A stretch of 64,000 nt of DNA from Myxococcota bacterium (GTDB taxonomy: Bacteria > Myxococcota_C > UBA6777), in NCBI GenBank assembly GCA_963169055.1, contig CAUJFU010000170.1, forward strand, positions 202 through 64,201, read 5' to 3'. Below, in pieces: positions 1-8,395 of this stretch; position 1 is the stretch's first letter, and each line of letters opens with the position of its first letter. The position numbers were made by a program, and so were the translations under genes. The notes beneath the pieces were generated by a model that was given only the letters and a program-made list of their open reading frames with translations, was not told the origin of the DNA and did not search any database.

Positions 1-304
1 GGGCTTTGCGGTCGCTGCCGATCTCCATGTAGCAAGCACCGATGTAATAGAGAAGCTCGTTGCGTGCGCGTTGGTAGCGGCGAGATTGCGGGAGGGCCTC
101 ACGAGATCGCAAAAAGGCGGATAGAGCGTCAGGATAGCGTTGTTGTCGAAAGTGTGCGTAGCCTTTTTTGTAGAGAGCGACCGCGACTTCGATATCGCCG
201 CCCGTATCGGATGCTTGGGCGGGTACAGGCAAGAGCGACAACGAAAAAAGCAGCACAAGAAAATTAGAAGATATTTTCAGCGAGATGGATCTTGCGTCGT
301 TCAT
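1..304 (-). CDS. Secreted TPR-like protein, N-terminal fragment (the gene runs off the window start)
   Basis: Absent from the ORF track because it has no stop codon inside the window. A reverse-strand ATG at 304 (plus-strand CAT at 302-304) opens MNDARSISLKISSNFLVLLFSLSLLPVPAQA/SDTGGDIEVAVALYKKGYAHFRQQRYPDALSAF... This reads as a charged n-region, a hydrophobic core and an AQA cleavage-like site, followed by TPR-like helices. The frame stays open to base 1. It overlaps the 3' end of the kinase gene by 41 nt. Confidence 0.45.
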   Translation of the reverse strand, partial: MNDARSISLKISSNFLVLLFSLSLLPVPAQASDTGGDIEVAVALYKKGYAHFRQQRYPDALSAFLRSREALPQSRRYQRARNELLYYIGACYMEIGSDRKA

Positions 305-2183
305 GGCGCTTGGCTTTCCAGAGGATCTGCTGGCTGAGGTAGCCCTCTTTGCGGATGAGGATGCGAAGGGTTTGGCCTTCTGGGGCTTGGAGTTTGGTTT
401 GAGTGTAGGCTTTTCGGACGCCATCGACAAGGATCTCGGCCCCTTCGGGAGTGACTTGGATTTGGAGAGCAAAGCGTTGTAGGGAAGCGGGGGAGGGCTG
501 TGGTGGGAGTGGACGTGGCGGAGGGGTGGGTGCGGCGCGTCGTTTGCGTGGCGTGCGGGGGCGGCGTTGAAAAGGGCGATCAGCCGGGCGTTTTGAGGTG
601 GTGTGCGTGGGGTTGGTGGTTGTGTTGGGAGAGGTGGATGGGGTGGAGTGTGAGGGATCGGTGGATGGGGTGGAGTGCGTGGGATCAGTGGATGGGGTGG
701 TTCGAGCCGAATTGGAGGGGGGAGTGGGGTCGTTGGTGGTGGATGCGTCGGGTGTGACGGGGAGAAATTGGATCGCGCCGTATCCTTGATGGGGGGAAGG
801 GAGGGAGCGATAAGGTGCGGGAGGAGCGGGCAGATCGATGTGTTTGCGGGCGGGTTGTCGCCCAGAAGTGCCAAGGAAGAAGACGATTAAGGTAGCGGCG
901 AGGCCACCGATGAGGCCGACGGTTCCCCACAGCCAGTTGCGAGGCGGAGAGGGAGGTGCGGGAGGTGCGGGTTCATGGAGCCATTCGCGGTCGCCTGTGG
1001 AGAGTTTTTCACCGTTGTAACGTTCGGCGGTGTGTTGTGGGCGTTCGTCAGGGAGGCTGGGTGCTTTGAGTGCGCGGGTCGAGCCGGGAGAGGCGGTTGC
1101 GTTGGGAGGGGTGCGTTGAGGGAGATGGATGGGGGCGGGATTGTGCATGGGTGCAGCGGCGGCGGGATCGATGCGGACGCCTTGGCGGATGGCAGAGAGG
1201 GCGATGGAAACACCGGAGTGTGCGGGCAATCCGATCTCTTCAAGCAAGAGGGGGATGAGGGATTCGGAAAAGGCGCGTGCGGTGGGGAAGCGGGCGTGTT
1301 TGTCTTTGGCGAGAGCGCGGTCTACGACGGCTTGGAGGCGGGGATTGATGTACATCTGGGGGGCGAGGGCTTGGAGGGAAGGGGGTTGGGCTTCGATTTG
1401 CTGGATCAATATCTCGTTGGTGGTGCCGCCGTAGAGGGTGCGTCCCGTGAGGAGTTCGACGAGCAATACACCAGCGGCGTAGATATCGGTACGGCCATCG
1501 ATCTCTTCGATATCGCCGCGAGCTTGTTCGGGAGACATATAACGCGGAGTGCCGACAGCAAGGCCCGTTTCGGTGAGGGATGGGGCATTTTCATCGCGGT
1601 GGGTGAGGATGCGAGCGACGCCGAAGTCGAGGATCTTGAGGGTGCGCCGGTCGTTGGAACCTTCGATCAGGATGAGGTTTTCGGGTTTGAGATCGCGGTG
1701 AACGATGCCTTGGCGGTGGGCAAAATCGAGGGCACCGAGAAGTTGCTCGAAGATCTGGATCAAGATGTGGCGGGGTGGGATACCAAAGCGTTGGATATGC
1801 CACTGAAAGGTTTTGCCTTCGAGCCACTCCATGATCAAGAAAGAGCCGAGACCGGGCATATGACCGAAGTCGATGATCTGAACGATATTTTCGTGGCGGA
1901 GTCCAGCAAGAAGGCGGGCTTCGCGTTTGAATCGCTCGACCATGAGGGGGTTTCCGGCAAAGTGCGGATGGAGGATCTTGATGGCAAAAGGGATGGGGAG
2001 GTCGATATGTTCGGCGCGGTAGACGGAGCCAAAGCCTCCGCCACCGATCTTGTCTTTGAGGCGATACTTTCCGATGATTCGGTCGATCAGGGGATTTTCT
2101 GCGCCGCGCAGGTGGGAGCCACAGCGATTACAAAAGGTCGCTTCGGGGCTATTGGGTTCTTGGCATCGCGGACAGGGCTGCAT
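264..2183 (-). CDS. Ser/Thr protein kinase with N-terminal zinc ribbon, Pro/Thr-rich linker, TM segment and C-terminal PEGA domain
   Basis: Zinc-ribbon CPRCQEPNSPEATFCNRCG. Intact kinase motifs GGGGFGSVY, FAIKIL, HRDLKPENL, DFGVA and SPEQ. TM segment WLWGTVGLIGGLAATLIVFFLG. C-terminal LQIQVTPEGAEILVDGV...LRILIRKEGY carries a literal PEGA motif. Confidence 0.9.
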   Translation of the reverse strand: MQPCPRCQEPNSPEATFCNRCGSHLRGAENPLIDRIIGKYRLKDKIGGGGFGSVYRAEHIDLPIPFAIKILHPHFAGNPLMVERFKREARLLAGLRHENIVQIIDFGHMPGLGSFLIMEWLEGKTFQWHIQRFGIPPRHILIQIFEQLLGALDFAHRQGIVHRDLKPENLILIEGSNDRRTLKILDFGVARILTHRDENAPSLTETGLAVGTPRYMSPEQARGDIEEIDGRTDIYAAGVLLVELLTGRTLYGGTTNEILIQQIEAQPPSLQALAPQMYINPRLQAVVDRALAKDKHARFPTARAFSESLIPLLLEEIGLPAHSGVSIALSAIRQGVRIDPAAAAPMHNPAPIHLPQRTPPNATASPGSTRALKAPSLPDERPQHTAERYNGEKLSTGDREWLHEPAPPAPPSPPRNWLWGTVGLIGGLAATLIVFFLGTSGRQPARKHIDLPAPPAPYRSLPSPHQGYGAIQFLPVTPDASTTNDPTPPSNSARTTPSTDPTHSTPSTDPSHSTPSTSPNTTTNPTHTTSKRPADRPFQRRPRTPRKRRAAPTPPPRPLPPQPSPASLQRFALQIQVTPEGAEILVDGVRKAYTQTKLQAPEGQTLRILIRKEGYLSQQILWKAKRHERRKIHLAENIF

Positions 2184-2339
2184 GACGTGTGGCCTTTTTT
2201 ACAGTAAGCAATGGAGGGACGTGGACTGTCGCTCCATCAAAAAGATTCTTGCAGGGTGACGAGGCAATACATCGCTACGATAGGATCGCGGCAAACGCAA
2301 AAAGTGTTGCCTGTTGTAGAAGAAAACAAGAGCAGATTC

Positions 2340-3707
2340 CTACGTGAAAGAATACAAGAACAACCATGCCCACCAGAGGGCAAAAAACAACAGGAATCCA
2401 AGCAGAGTCCACGCAAAGCGTGTGCTTCGTTGGGTGCGTTTGAGAGTCGAGAGAGCGTGTTCGGGTTGGAGCGATGGGTGGCTTGGGTGCGCTGTTGTGG
2501 GAGAGGACAAGAGTTGCGAGGCGCGAAGCCATTGAGAAGAAAAGAGAGAGGGTGAACGCTCGTAAGCAGGAACACGCGTCTCGGGGAGTCGCTGGAACGC
2601 TGCACGGGCGGCGTTTAATGCCTCAAGCTTTTGGGTGTTGTCAAGATCTTTTTGTGCATTCCAAAAGGCGTGATCCCATCCGAGGGCAAGATGGCGCAGG
2701 GGAGGCTCGAAGGGCAAGGCCGCGATCTCACGGAGGAAGGCGTCTGCTGTAGAGAACCGCTGGTGGGGTTCTTTGGCGAGAGCGCGAAGGAACAGGGCTT
2801 CGAGGGGTTCGATGTAGGAGACAGGGGGAGCGAGGTCTCGGAGTGGAGGCAGCGGGGCGTATCGCTGTTTCTTATAAAGCTCTTCCCAGTGATGGGAGCG
2901 AAAGGGCAGGCGTCCTGTGATCATTTGAAATAGCAGGATGCCTGTGCTGTAGAGATCGCTGTAAGCTTCGATCGGTGTGGGGAGGGGGGTCATCTGTTCG
3001 GGCGGTAGATAGGCTCCGATCGCAAGCAGTTTGTGAGGAGAGGGCAGGGTTTGGAGCTTGCGCGTCCACAGCAAGGGTCCGCAACCGATATCGATCAATT
3101 GGAGTTGGAGGCGTCGTCCTCTTGGGGAGAGTAGGAGATGTTCGGGGCGGAGCTGACCGACGATGAGATGGGAGGTATGGAGATGATCGAGAACACGCAG
3201 CAGTTGTTGGAGGATATCGAGCCACAAGTCGTCAGGAAGGCCGCCTGCAAAGTCACGCAGCAGTTGTTGGAGGCTGAATCCCTCGATCCATCGGGTGGCC
3301 CAATAAAAACCATGTTCGGAGTGTCCGAAGGCTTCGACGGAAGCGACACTGGGGTGCATGATGCCAGCCCATGCTGCGACGCGCTCGCGTAGTGCTGCGG
3401 GATCGTCGAAGTATTCGAGGTTTGCAGGGCGCAGGATGTGAAATGCGCTGAGTTCGGAACGACCCGAAGATTGGGCAAGATAGACGGTTCCACATAGGCT
3501 TTCACGGGCGCGTTCCATCAACACATAACCGCCGATCTGACGGCCAAGTAGCGGGTCTTTTCCGCTGCGTTCAAAGCCGCACAACCCACATCGCTTGCCT
3601 TGATGGAGGCACTGAGAGAACAGGCGCGGGCAAGCATCCCAAAGTTCGGGAGAAGGCGAGGGGGCCGTCGGAAGGGGAGAATGGGAAGGACGACGGAACC
3701 ACCACAT
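2340..3707 (-). CDS. Membrane-anchored pseudokinase (Ser/Thr-kinase-like fold with degenerate catalytic motifs)
   Basis: A kinase-like core is recognisable (LGRQIGGYVL...GTVYLAQ, PPEQ, GRLPF), but the catalytic signatures are replaced. VAIK reads SAFHIL, HRDxKPEN reads VGQLRPEH, and DFG reads DIG. N-terminal Cys pair CLHQGKRCGLCG. C-terminal hydrophobic helix WTLLGFLLFFALWWAWLFLY. Confidence 0.75.
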   Translation of the reverse strand: MWWFRRPSHSPLPTAPSPSPELWDACPRLFSQCLHQGKRCGLCGFERSGKDPLLGRQIGGYVLMERARESLCGTVYLAQSSGRSELSAFHILRPANLEYFDDPAALRERVAAWAGIMHPSVASVEAFGHSEHGFYWATRWIEGFSLQQLLRDFAGGLPDDLWLDILQQLLRVLDHLHTSHLIVGQLRPEHLLLSPRGRRLQLQLIDIGCGPLLWTRKLQTLPSPHKLLAIGAYLPPEQMTPLPTPIEAYSDLYSTGILLFQMITGRLPFRSHHWEELYKKQRYAPLPPLRDLAPPVSYIEPLEALFLRALAKEPHQRFSTADAFLREIAALPFEPPLRHLALGWDHAFWNAQKDLDNTQKLEALNAARAAFQRLPETRVPAYERSPSLFSSQWLRASQLLSSPTTAHPSHPSLQPEHALSTLKRTQRSTRFAWTLLGFLLFFALWWAWLFLYSFT

Positions 3708-3725
3708 CGCAGGGCCTTTCGTGCG

Positions 3726-4907
3726 CTATCGCCTCGGATCTTCGGGGATGTTGTGGGCGGTTTGCTGTTGTTCGAGTTTGTGGACAGCTTGTTGGATCTC
3801 TTGTAGGTGCGGAGGATGGGGGAGGGGGTGCAACCAAGGGGGAGCGGAGGTGTGAGCGGTCGAAGAGAAGATCAGGACTTGGAGGGCAGGGCTGGCAAGG
3901 CGCAAGGTATCGAGTGTTTCGGGGGTGAGGGTGCAAGCAGCTTCGGTGATCAGCAGGTGGACTTCGTTTTGGAAGCGGCGTTGGATCTGGAGGATCTCCA
4001 TGCTGTCCTCGGCTTCGAGGGTGGTGTAGCCTTGTTCTTCGAGGCGGCTGCAAAGTTGATCGCGTTCTGCAAAGGACAGAGAAGGGAGGCAAAGCATGAT
4101 GTGGCGCATGATCTGGGGGCGTGGAACGGCGATGTGGTTGTTGGAGGTGCTGTATTGAAGGAGGGGGAGATAGAGGCGAACTTCGGTGCCGAGATCTTCT
4201 TGAGAACGCAGATCCATCCATCCGCTGAGTTGGCGAAGAGTGCTGTAGACCAAAGCGAGGCCCATGCCGCTGCGTTGTGTGCGCGGGTGGTGGGTGGCGA
4301 GAGGTTCGATGGCGATCTCTTGGAGGTCGTGAGGGATACCACGTCCTTCGTCTTGAACCGTGATGCAGACGTAAGGTCCGGCAGGGATGCGTGACCATGC
4401 TTCTTGGGGGGTGACCTCGGTGTACTCGGTGCTAAGGCGGATGGGGCCACCTTGGGGGAGGGCTTCTTTGGCGTTGTCAAACAGGGGAACGAGCAGTTCT
4501 TCGATGCGAGCGGGGGGAAGCAAGACAAAGAAGGATTGTTGGCTTGGGAGGAAGTGCAAGGGATGTTGGGGGCCGAGATGTTCTTGCCAACGAGCGAGGT
4601 GTTGAGACAGAAGGGTATGGAGATCGAGTTCGACGGGAGGGCCGCTTTGGCCGTCGCGGCTAAAGCGTTGGAGTTGCTGAACGATATCGAGTCCGCGTCG
4701 TGCGGTACGCTCGATGATATCGGCATCGTTTTGGTGGGGGGTGTCTTCAAAGTGCTCTCTGAGCATCAGCGAGTAGTTGAGGATGATCATGAAGAGATTG
4801 TTAAGATCGTGAGACAGCCATCGTGAGAGGCGGATCTGGGCTTGGATGCGCTCGTCTTGAAGAAGATAGCGTTGGAGCGTTGGATCGAGGTGTTCACGCG
4901 AAGCCAT
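3726..4907 (-). CDS. Soluble histidine kinase with C-terminal receiver-like domain lacking an obvious acceptor Asp
   Basis: H-box LSRWLSHDLNNLF, N-box LFDNAKEAL, G1 QDEGRGI and G2 SGMGLAL. No TM or sensor domain. The C-terminal ~120 aa has receiver-like alternation (IMLCLPS...EAEDSMEILQ...VHLLITEAAC), with E where the phospho-Asp is expected. It sits 18 nt upstream of the pseudokinase gene. Confidence 0.8.
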   Translation of the reverse strand: MASREHLDPTLQRYLLQDERIQAQIRLSRWLSHDLNNLFMIILNYSLMLREHFEDTPHQNDADIIERTARRGLDIVQQLQRFSRDGQSGPPVELDLHTLLSQHLARWQEHLGPQHPLHFLPSQQSFFVLLPPARIEELLVPLFDNAKEALPQGGPIRLSTEYTEVTPQEAWSRIPAGPYVCITVQDEGRGIPHDLQEIAIEPLATHHPRTQRSGMGLALVYSTLRQLSGWMDLRSQEDLGTEVRLYLPLLQYSTSNNHIAVPRPQIMRHIMLCLPSLSFAERDQLCSRLEEQGYTTLEAEDSMEILQIQRRFQNEVHLLITEAACTLTPETLDTLRLASPALQVLIFSSTAHTSAPPWLHPLPHPPHLQEIQQAVHKLEQQQTAHNIPEDPRR

Positions 4908-5077
4908 GAGACCCTACTTTGTGTGTCGGTGTGTGGGTAGCCAAGCGCCTTGCGGGTGGAGGCTTGGATCTTCTTGAGGGGTGTAGCACAAACAGGCGGG
5001 TTTGCCAAGTTTTCTTGGGCAGGGGCGTAGGCGAGAGAGGGCTTGCGTCTTGTTGACTCAAGCGAGAGGGAGATGAA

Positions 5078-6250
5078 TCAGGCTTCGATGGGTCCGAGAT
5101 CTTCGGCGTTTGGGAGATTGAACAGGACGTCTTCGAGAAGATAGCGGAGGTATTCGAGCATCTCTTGGGGATCATCGGAGCCGACTTCGCGTTCGACGTT
5201 GCGTTGGTAAAAGACGCAGCGGATCTGTGGATCGTCCTCCTCTTTTTGAGTGATCTCGATACGCAACGGAGACCACGGATTGAAGGGGCTATCGTGGGGT
5301 GCTTGTTCGAGGAGGTCGGCACTAGGGAAGTCTTCGGTGGCGACTTCAAAGGGAGGGAGGGGTTCTTCGAGCATCTCCATCAGAGCGCTTTCAAGGGTAT
5401 GCCAGACTTCACGTGTCATCTCAGCGAATTCGGTGCGTGAAAAGTCCATCCCATCGGGTTCTTCGTTGGTTTCGACTTCGTAGAGGGCGCGATAACATTT
5501 GCGAGCTTCGTCATAGCGTTCGGCGATCTCGCAGGCAAGGCCCATATCGTGGAGGAAGTCGGGGCGATCGGGTTCGAGGCGCAAGGCTTCTTCGTAGCAT
5601 TGGATGGCTTCGTCGCTTTGTTCGAGATCCATCAACACGCCAGCGCGAAGGTGCCACAGATCGGCGAGTTCGGGGTTGAGGTTGATCGCTTTTTGGGTGA
5701 GTTCAAGGCCGCGTTCAAACTGTTCGCGGATCTCGGGAGGCATCGTCAAGGTCGGTGGTTCCGAGCCTTCTTCGACAACTTCGGACATTTCTTCCATCAG
5801 TTGGGTGAGTGCTTCGCGACCGAGATGGATCTCTGCTTCGGCCCACATAAAATAAGCATCGCGTTCATCAATCGGATCTTCGGTGAATTGGAGGGCTTGT
5901 TTGAGGGTGCTGATGGCGTCCTCGTATCGGCCCAATTCGATCAGAAAACCTGCTTTGTACAGTTGGGGTTCGGCCATGCCGGGTTCGAGTTGGCAGGCGC
6001 GTTCAAAGGCCCGCTCTGCGGCTTGTTCTTCGCCGAGCATTTGACGGATCTTGCCTTCGAGGCACCAAAAGTGGGGGTTTTGATCGTCTTGAGCGAGCAG
6101 GTTGCGGCTTTCTTCGAGCGCTCCTTCGAGTTCGTCTTCGTCGATCATCTCAAGTGCGCGTTGGTAGCGTTGTTCTAAAGCGTCCATTTTATCGTCTTTT
6201 CGTTTACCGAAGCTCATCGGCATCTCCAAATTGTGAGTCATCGAAATCAA
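5078..6250 (-). CDS. TPR-repeat protein with an acidic C-terminal domain
   Basis: Several TPR-like units (e.g. AERAFERACQLEPGMAEPQLYKAGFLIELGRYEDAISTLKQAL and DEAIQCYEEALRLEPDRPDFLHDMGLA). No signal peptide. The start is uncertain: the in-frame ATG at 6217 (MSFGKRK) has the better-spaced GGAG. Confidence 0.75.
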   Translation of the reverse strand: MISMTHNLEMPMSFGKRKDDKMDALEQRYQRALEMIDEDELEGALEESRNLLAQDDQNPHFWCLEGKIRQMLGEEQAAERAFERACQLEPGMAEPQLYKAGFLIELGRYEDAISTLKQALQFTEDPIDERDAYFMWAEAEIHLGREALTQLMEEMSEVVEEGSEPPTLTMPPEIREQFERGLELTQKAINLNPELADLWHLRAGVLMDLEQSDEAIQCYEEALRLEPDRPDFLHDMGLACEIAERYDEARKCYRALYEVETNEEPDGMDFSRTEFAEMTREVWHTLESALMEMLEEPLPPFEVATEDFPSADLLEQAPHDSPFNPWSPLRIEITQKEEDDPQIRCVFYQRNVEREVGSDDPQEMLEYLRYLLEDVLFNLPNAEDLGPIEA

Positions 6251-6435
6251 AAGTCGGCCCTCTTCAACACGCTTTTCTATGGTTTGTCAAGATCGAAAGA
6301 CGTATCGCGACAACAAAGCGTGCTGTGGCGCATCTTCTTGTTGTGAGAGCAAGGTGTGCTAGGATAGGCATCGTTTGGCGCGTGTCAAAGGCTGTTTGTT
6401 TTTGTGCGTGGAGAGCATCAGAAAGGATCGGTGGG

Positions 6436-8316
6436 ATGGTGCTGTTGAGGCGATATCGAAGGATGTTGTTGTGGTGTGTGTGTTGTCTGCCGTATTGGGT
6501 GGGGTGTTCGTACGGCTGGAGAGAGGTGCGGCAAGACGCCAAGAGTGACGATATGGTGGCGCGAAATCGTGCGCTCGATTATCTGATCGACTACATCAGC
6601 AAGACCACAGGTTCACGCGAAGCGTTGGGGCAGCGACAAGAAGCTGTGCAGCTTGTGACTGATACAGGATTACCCCGATCCATCGGCCCTTTGCGTATGA
6701 TCTTAATGCACGAAGCGGATTCGCTGTTGCGGCGCGATGCGATCCGTGGTTTGGCGGTGTTGCGTTCTCCGCAAGCCCTCGCCGAACTGCGCGGAGCGCT
6801 CAAAGATCGCGATATCGACGTCCGAATGACCGCTGCTGCGGCGCTTGGCAAGCTCGGCGATCAACGTGCGCTGCGTTCTCTTGTCGAGGCGACACGAGAT
6901 CCAAGTCCTGCGGTGCGTGCGTCCGCAGCATCGGCACTTGCGGAGCTTGGGGCAGATCGCGCCATCCCGTTTTTGATCCGTGCGCTTGATGATGAAAACG
7001 ATGATGTTCAGCGCGCTGCCCAAAAGTCTTTGCTGCGTTTTGGCGAAAAAGCCATCGCACGTTTGCTGCCCATCCTCTCGCAGCCTTCGTCTTCTCTCCA
7101 AGATCGCGTCGTTCGATTTTTGCCAGAATTTGGGCAACCTGTCTTTGTCCCCTTGATCCAAGCTTTTCGACAACGCATCAGCCAAGAAAACGCAAAACGC
7201 GCACTTTCCGAACTCACTCGCGATGGCCAAAGTTGGCCGCTGTTGGTGCGTTTGGCGCAAGTCCAAGACAAAAAAGAAGCGGATGCTGTGATCCGAGATC
7301 TGTCTGCGGTGGGGTCGCTGGCGGCGGTGCATGCGGTGTTTTTGATGTGGGATGATATGCCTGTTGTTGCCAAGCCGTTCTTTCGGACTTGTTTGGGACA
7401 GATCGCGCAACGCAGCGGAGAAGAAGGGCGGCGGTTGCTGTCCCGCTATACCAACGAAGGCGATGATCTTGCGCGCCGTACGACCGCGTTGTTGGCGCTT
7501 GGACAAGCCGGTACACCGGCTATCGATCTGATCCGTCCGCATCTCTCGTCTCAAACGCGTGCGATGGTGATCGCCGCCATTCGGGCGCTTGGACAGATTA
7601 AACGCCCCGCACTTTCCACGTTGTTGCCTTATACAGAAGTCGAAGACGAAGAACTCCGCTACACCGCGATCCAGCAATTGGGGGCGATCCCCTCTTCCAA
7701 CGCTGTATCCGCCTTGATCAAACAACTCAAACATCCCTCGGCCAAGATCCGCATCGTGGCCATCGAAGCCCTTGGGCAACAACGCGATCGCGCCGCGATC
7801 CCACACGCCCGCGATCTGCTGACCGACCCCGTGAACAACGTTGTCTTGGCGGCCATCCAAACGCTGCTTTTGCTCGGCGATCAACAAAACGTCCAAGTCT
7901 ACATCGCTGCTCTCAAATACGGGCCTTATCCTCCCGAACCCACTTATATCGAAACCCTCGGACGACTCGCCGATACCAAAGTCGTTCCGTTGCTACGGCA
8001 GATCACGCGGCGTTATACACGCGATTGGAAAGCGTATCTCCAAACCAGTCAACGGATGTTGCGACAAAAACGCCGCAAAGCCAAATCCATGACCTCCGAA
8101 CAATTGGAAGAAGCTGTGAGCCTCGATCTCGCTTCTCATCCCGCACGCAATGTTCTTGCGCTGTGCAGTTTTGTTGAGGCTGTGCGCGCACTCCAGCGCT
8201 ACGGCCAACCTGTGCCTGCTTTACTCAAAAAGTATGGCTATCGTCACAAAGCCCCGATGAATCCGCTGCTCAAACCACCCGAACGCTGCCCTTGGCCCGC
8301 GATCGCGCCTGAGTGA
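6436..8316 (+). CDS. HEAT-repeat (PBS-lyase-type) protein with N-terminal hydrophobic/Cys segment
   Basis: Repeated HEAT units of the form D.....VR..AA.ALG.LGD.RA...L (DIDVRMTAAAALGKLGDQRALRSLVEATRDPSPAVRASAASALAELGADRAIPFLIRALDDENDDVQ...). I start the gene at ATG 6436 (MVLLRRYRRMLLWCVCCLPYWVGC). The upstream 94 codons of the track ORF overlap the divergent TPR gene and look non-coding. Confidence 0.8.
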   Translation: MVLLRRYRRMLLWCVCCLPYWVGCSYGWREVRQDAKSDDMVARNRALDYLIDYISKTTGSREALGQRQEAVQLVTDTGLPRSIGPLRMILMHEADSLLRRDAIRGLAVLRSPQALAELRGALKDRDIDVRMTAAAALGKLGDQRALRSLVEATRDPSPAVRASAASALAELGADRAIPFLIRALDDENDDVQRAAQKSLLRFGEKAIARLLPILSQPSSSLQDRVVRFLPEFGQPVFVPLIQAFRQRISQENAKRALSELTRDGQSWPLLVRLAQVQDKKEADAVIRDLSAVGSLAAVHAVFLMWDDMPVVAKPFFRTCLGQIAQRSGEEGRRLLSRYTNEGDDLARRTTALLALGQAGTPAIDLIRPHLSSQTRAMVIAAIRALGQIKRPALSTLLPYTEVEDEELRYTAIQQLGAIPSSNAVSALIKQLKHPSAKIRIVAIEALGQQRDRAAIPHARDLLTDPVNNVVLAAIQTLLLLGDQQNVQVYIAALKYGPYPPEPTYIETLGRLADTKVVPLLRQITRRYTRDWKAYLQTSQRMLRQKRRKAKSMTSEQLEEAVSLDLASHPARNVLALCSFVEAVRALQRYGQPVPALLKKYGYRHKAPMNPLLKPPERCPWPAIAPE

Positions 8317-8324
8317 TTCCTCTG

Positions 8325-8395
8325 AACCGCTGGGACGGTGTAGATCGTAGGCTTTGCCGCTTTAACCGTTGGGGCGGTGTAGATCGTAGGCTTTG
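8325..8395. repeat. 32-bp direct duplication of the 3' end of the sigma-54 regulator gene
   Basis: AACCGCTGGGACGGTGTAGATCGTAGGCTTTG (8325-8356) versus AACCGTTGGGGCGGTGTAGATCGTAGGCTTTG (8364-8395), with 3 mismatches. The second copy encodes the last residues [10 protein letters not shown] plus the stop. The first copy is intergenic. Confidence 0.7.

Noticed and set aside
975-2207. Long antisense ORFs opposite clear genes. Examples: 975-2207(+), 3571-4398(-), 3950-4750(-), 6703-7896(-), 16067-17971(-), 20448-21284(-), 23199-24119(-), 32905-33930(+), 44684-46006(+), 45115-46035(-), 46749-47762(+), 48866-49978(+), 52513-53397(-), 55754-56662(-), 57167-58120(-).
   Set aside because: Each lies antisense to, or out of frame with, a gene that carries unambiguous catalytic or domain motifs. 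Their translations are low-complexity (Gly/Arg/Pro/Ala-rich or Phe/Asp/Gly-rich) and show no motif, signal peptide or RBS. They are typical shadow ORFs of GC-rich DNA.
6154-6435. The 94-codon N-terminal extension of the HEAT-repeat ORF (track start 6154).
   Set aside because: The extension overlaps the 5' end of the divergent TPR gene, and its sequence is non-protein-like. The ATG at 6436 gives a plausible hydrophobic N-terminus.
8325-8395. The 32-bp direct repeats considered as target-site duplications or ends of a mobile element.
   Set aside because: Only 7 bp separate the copies, so nothing is inserted between them. No transposase or integrase lies nearby.
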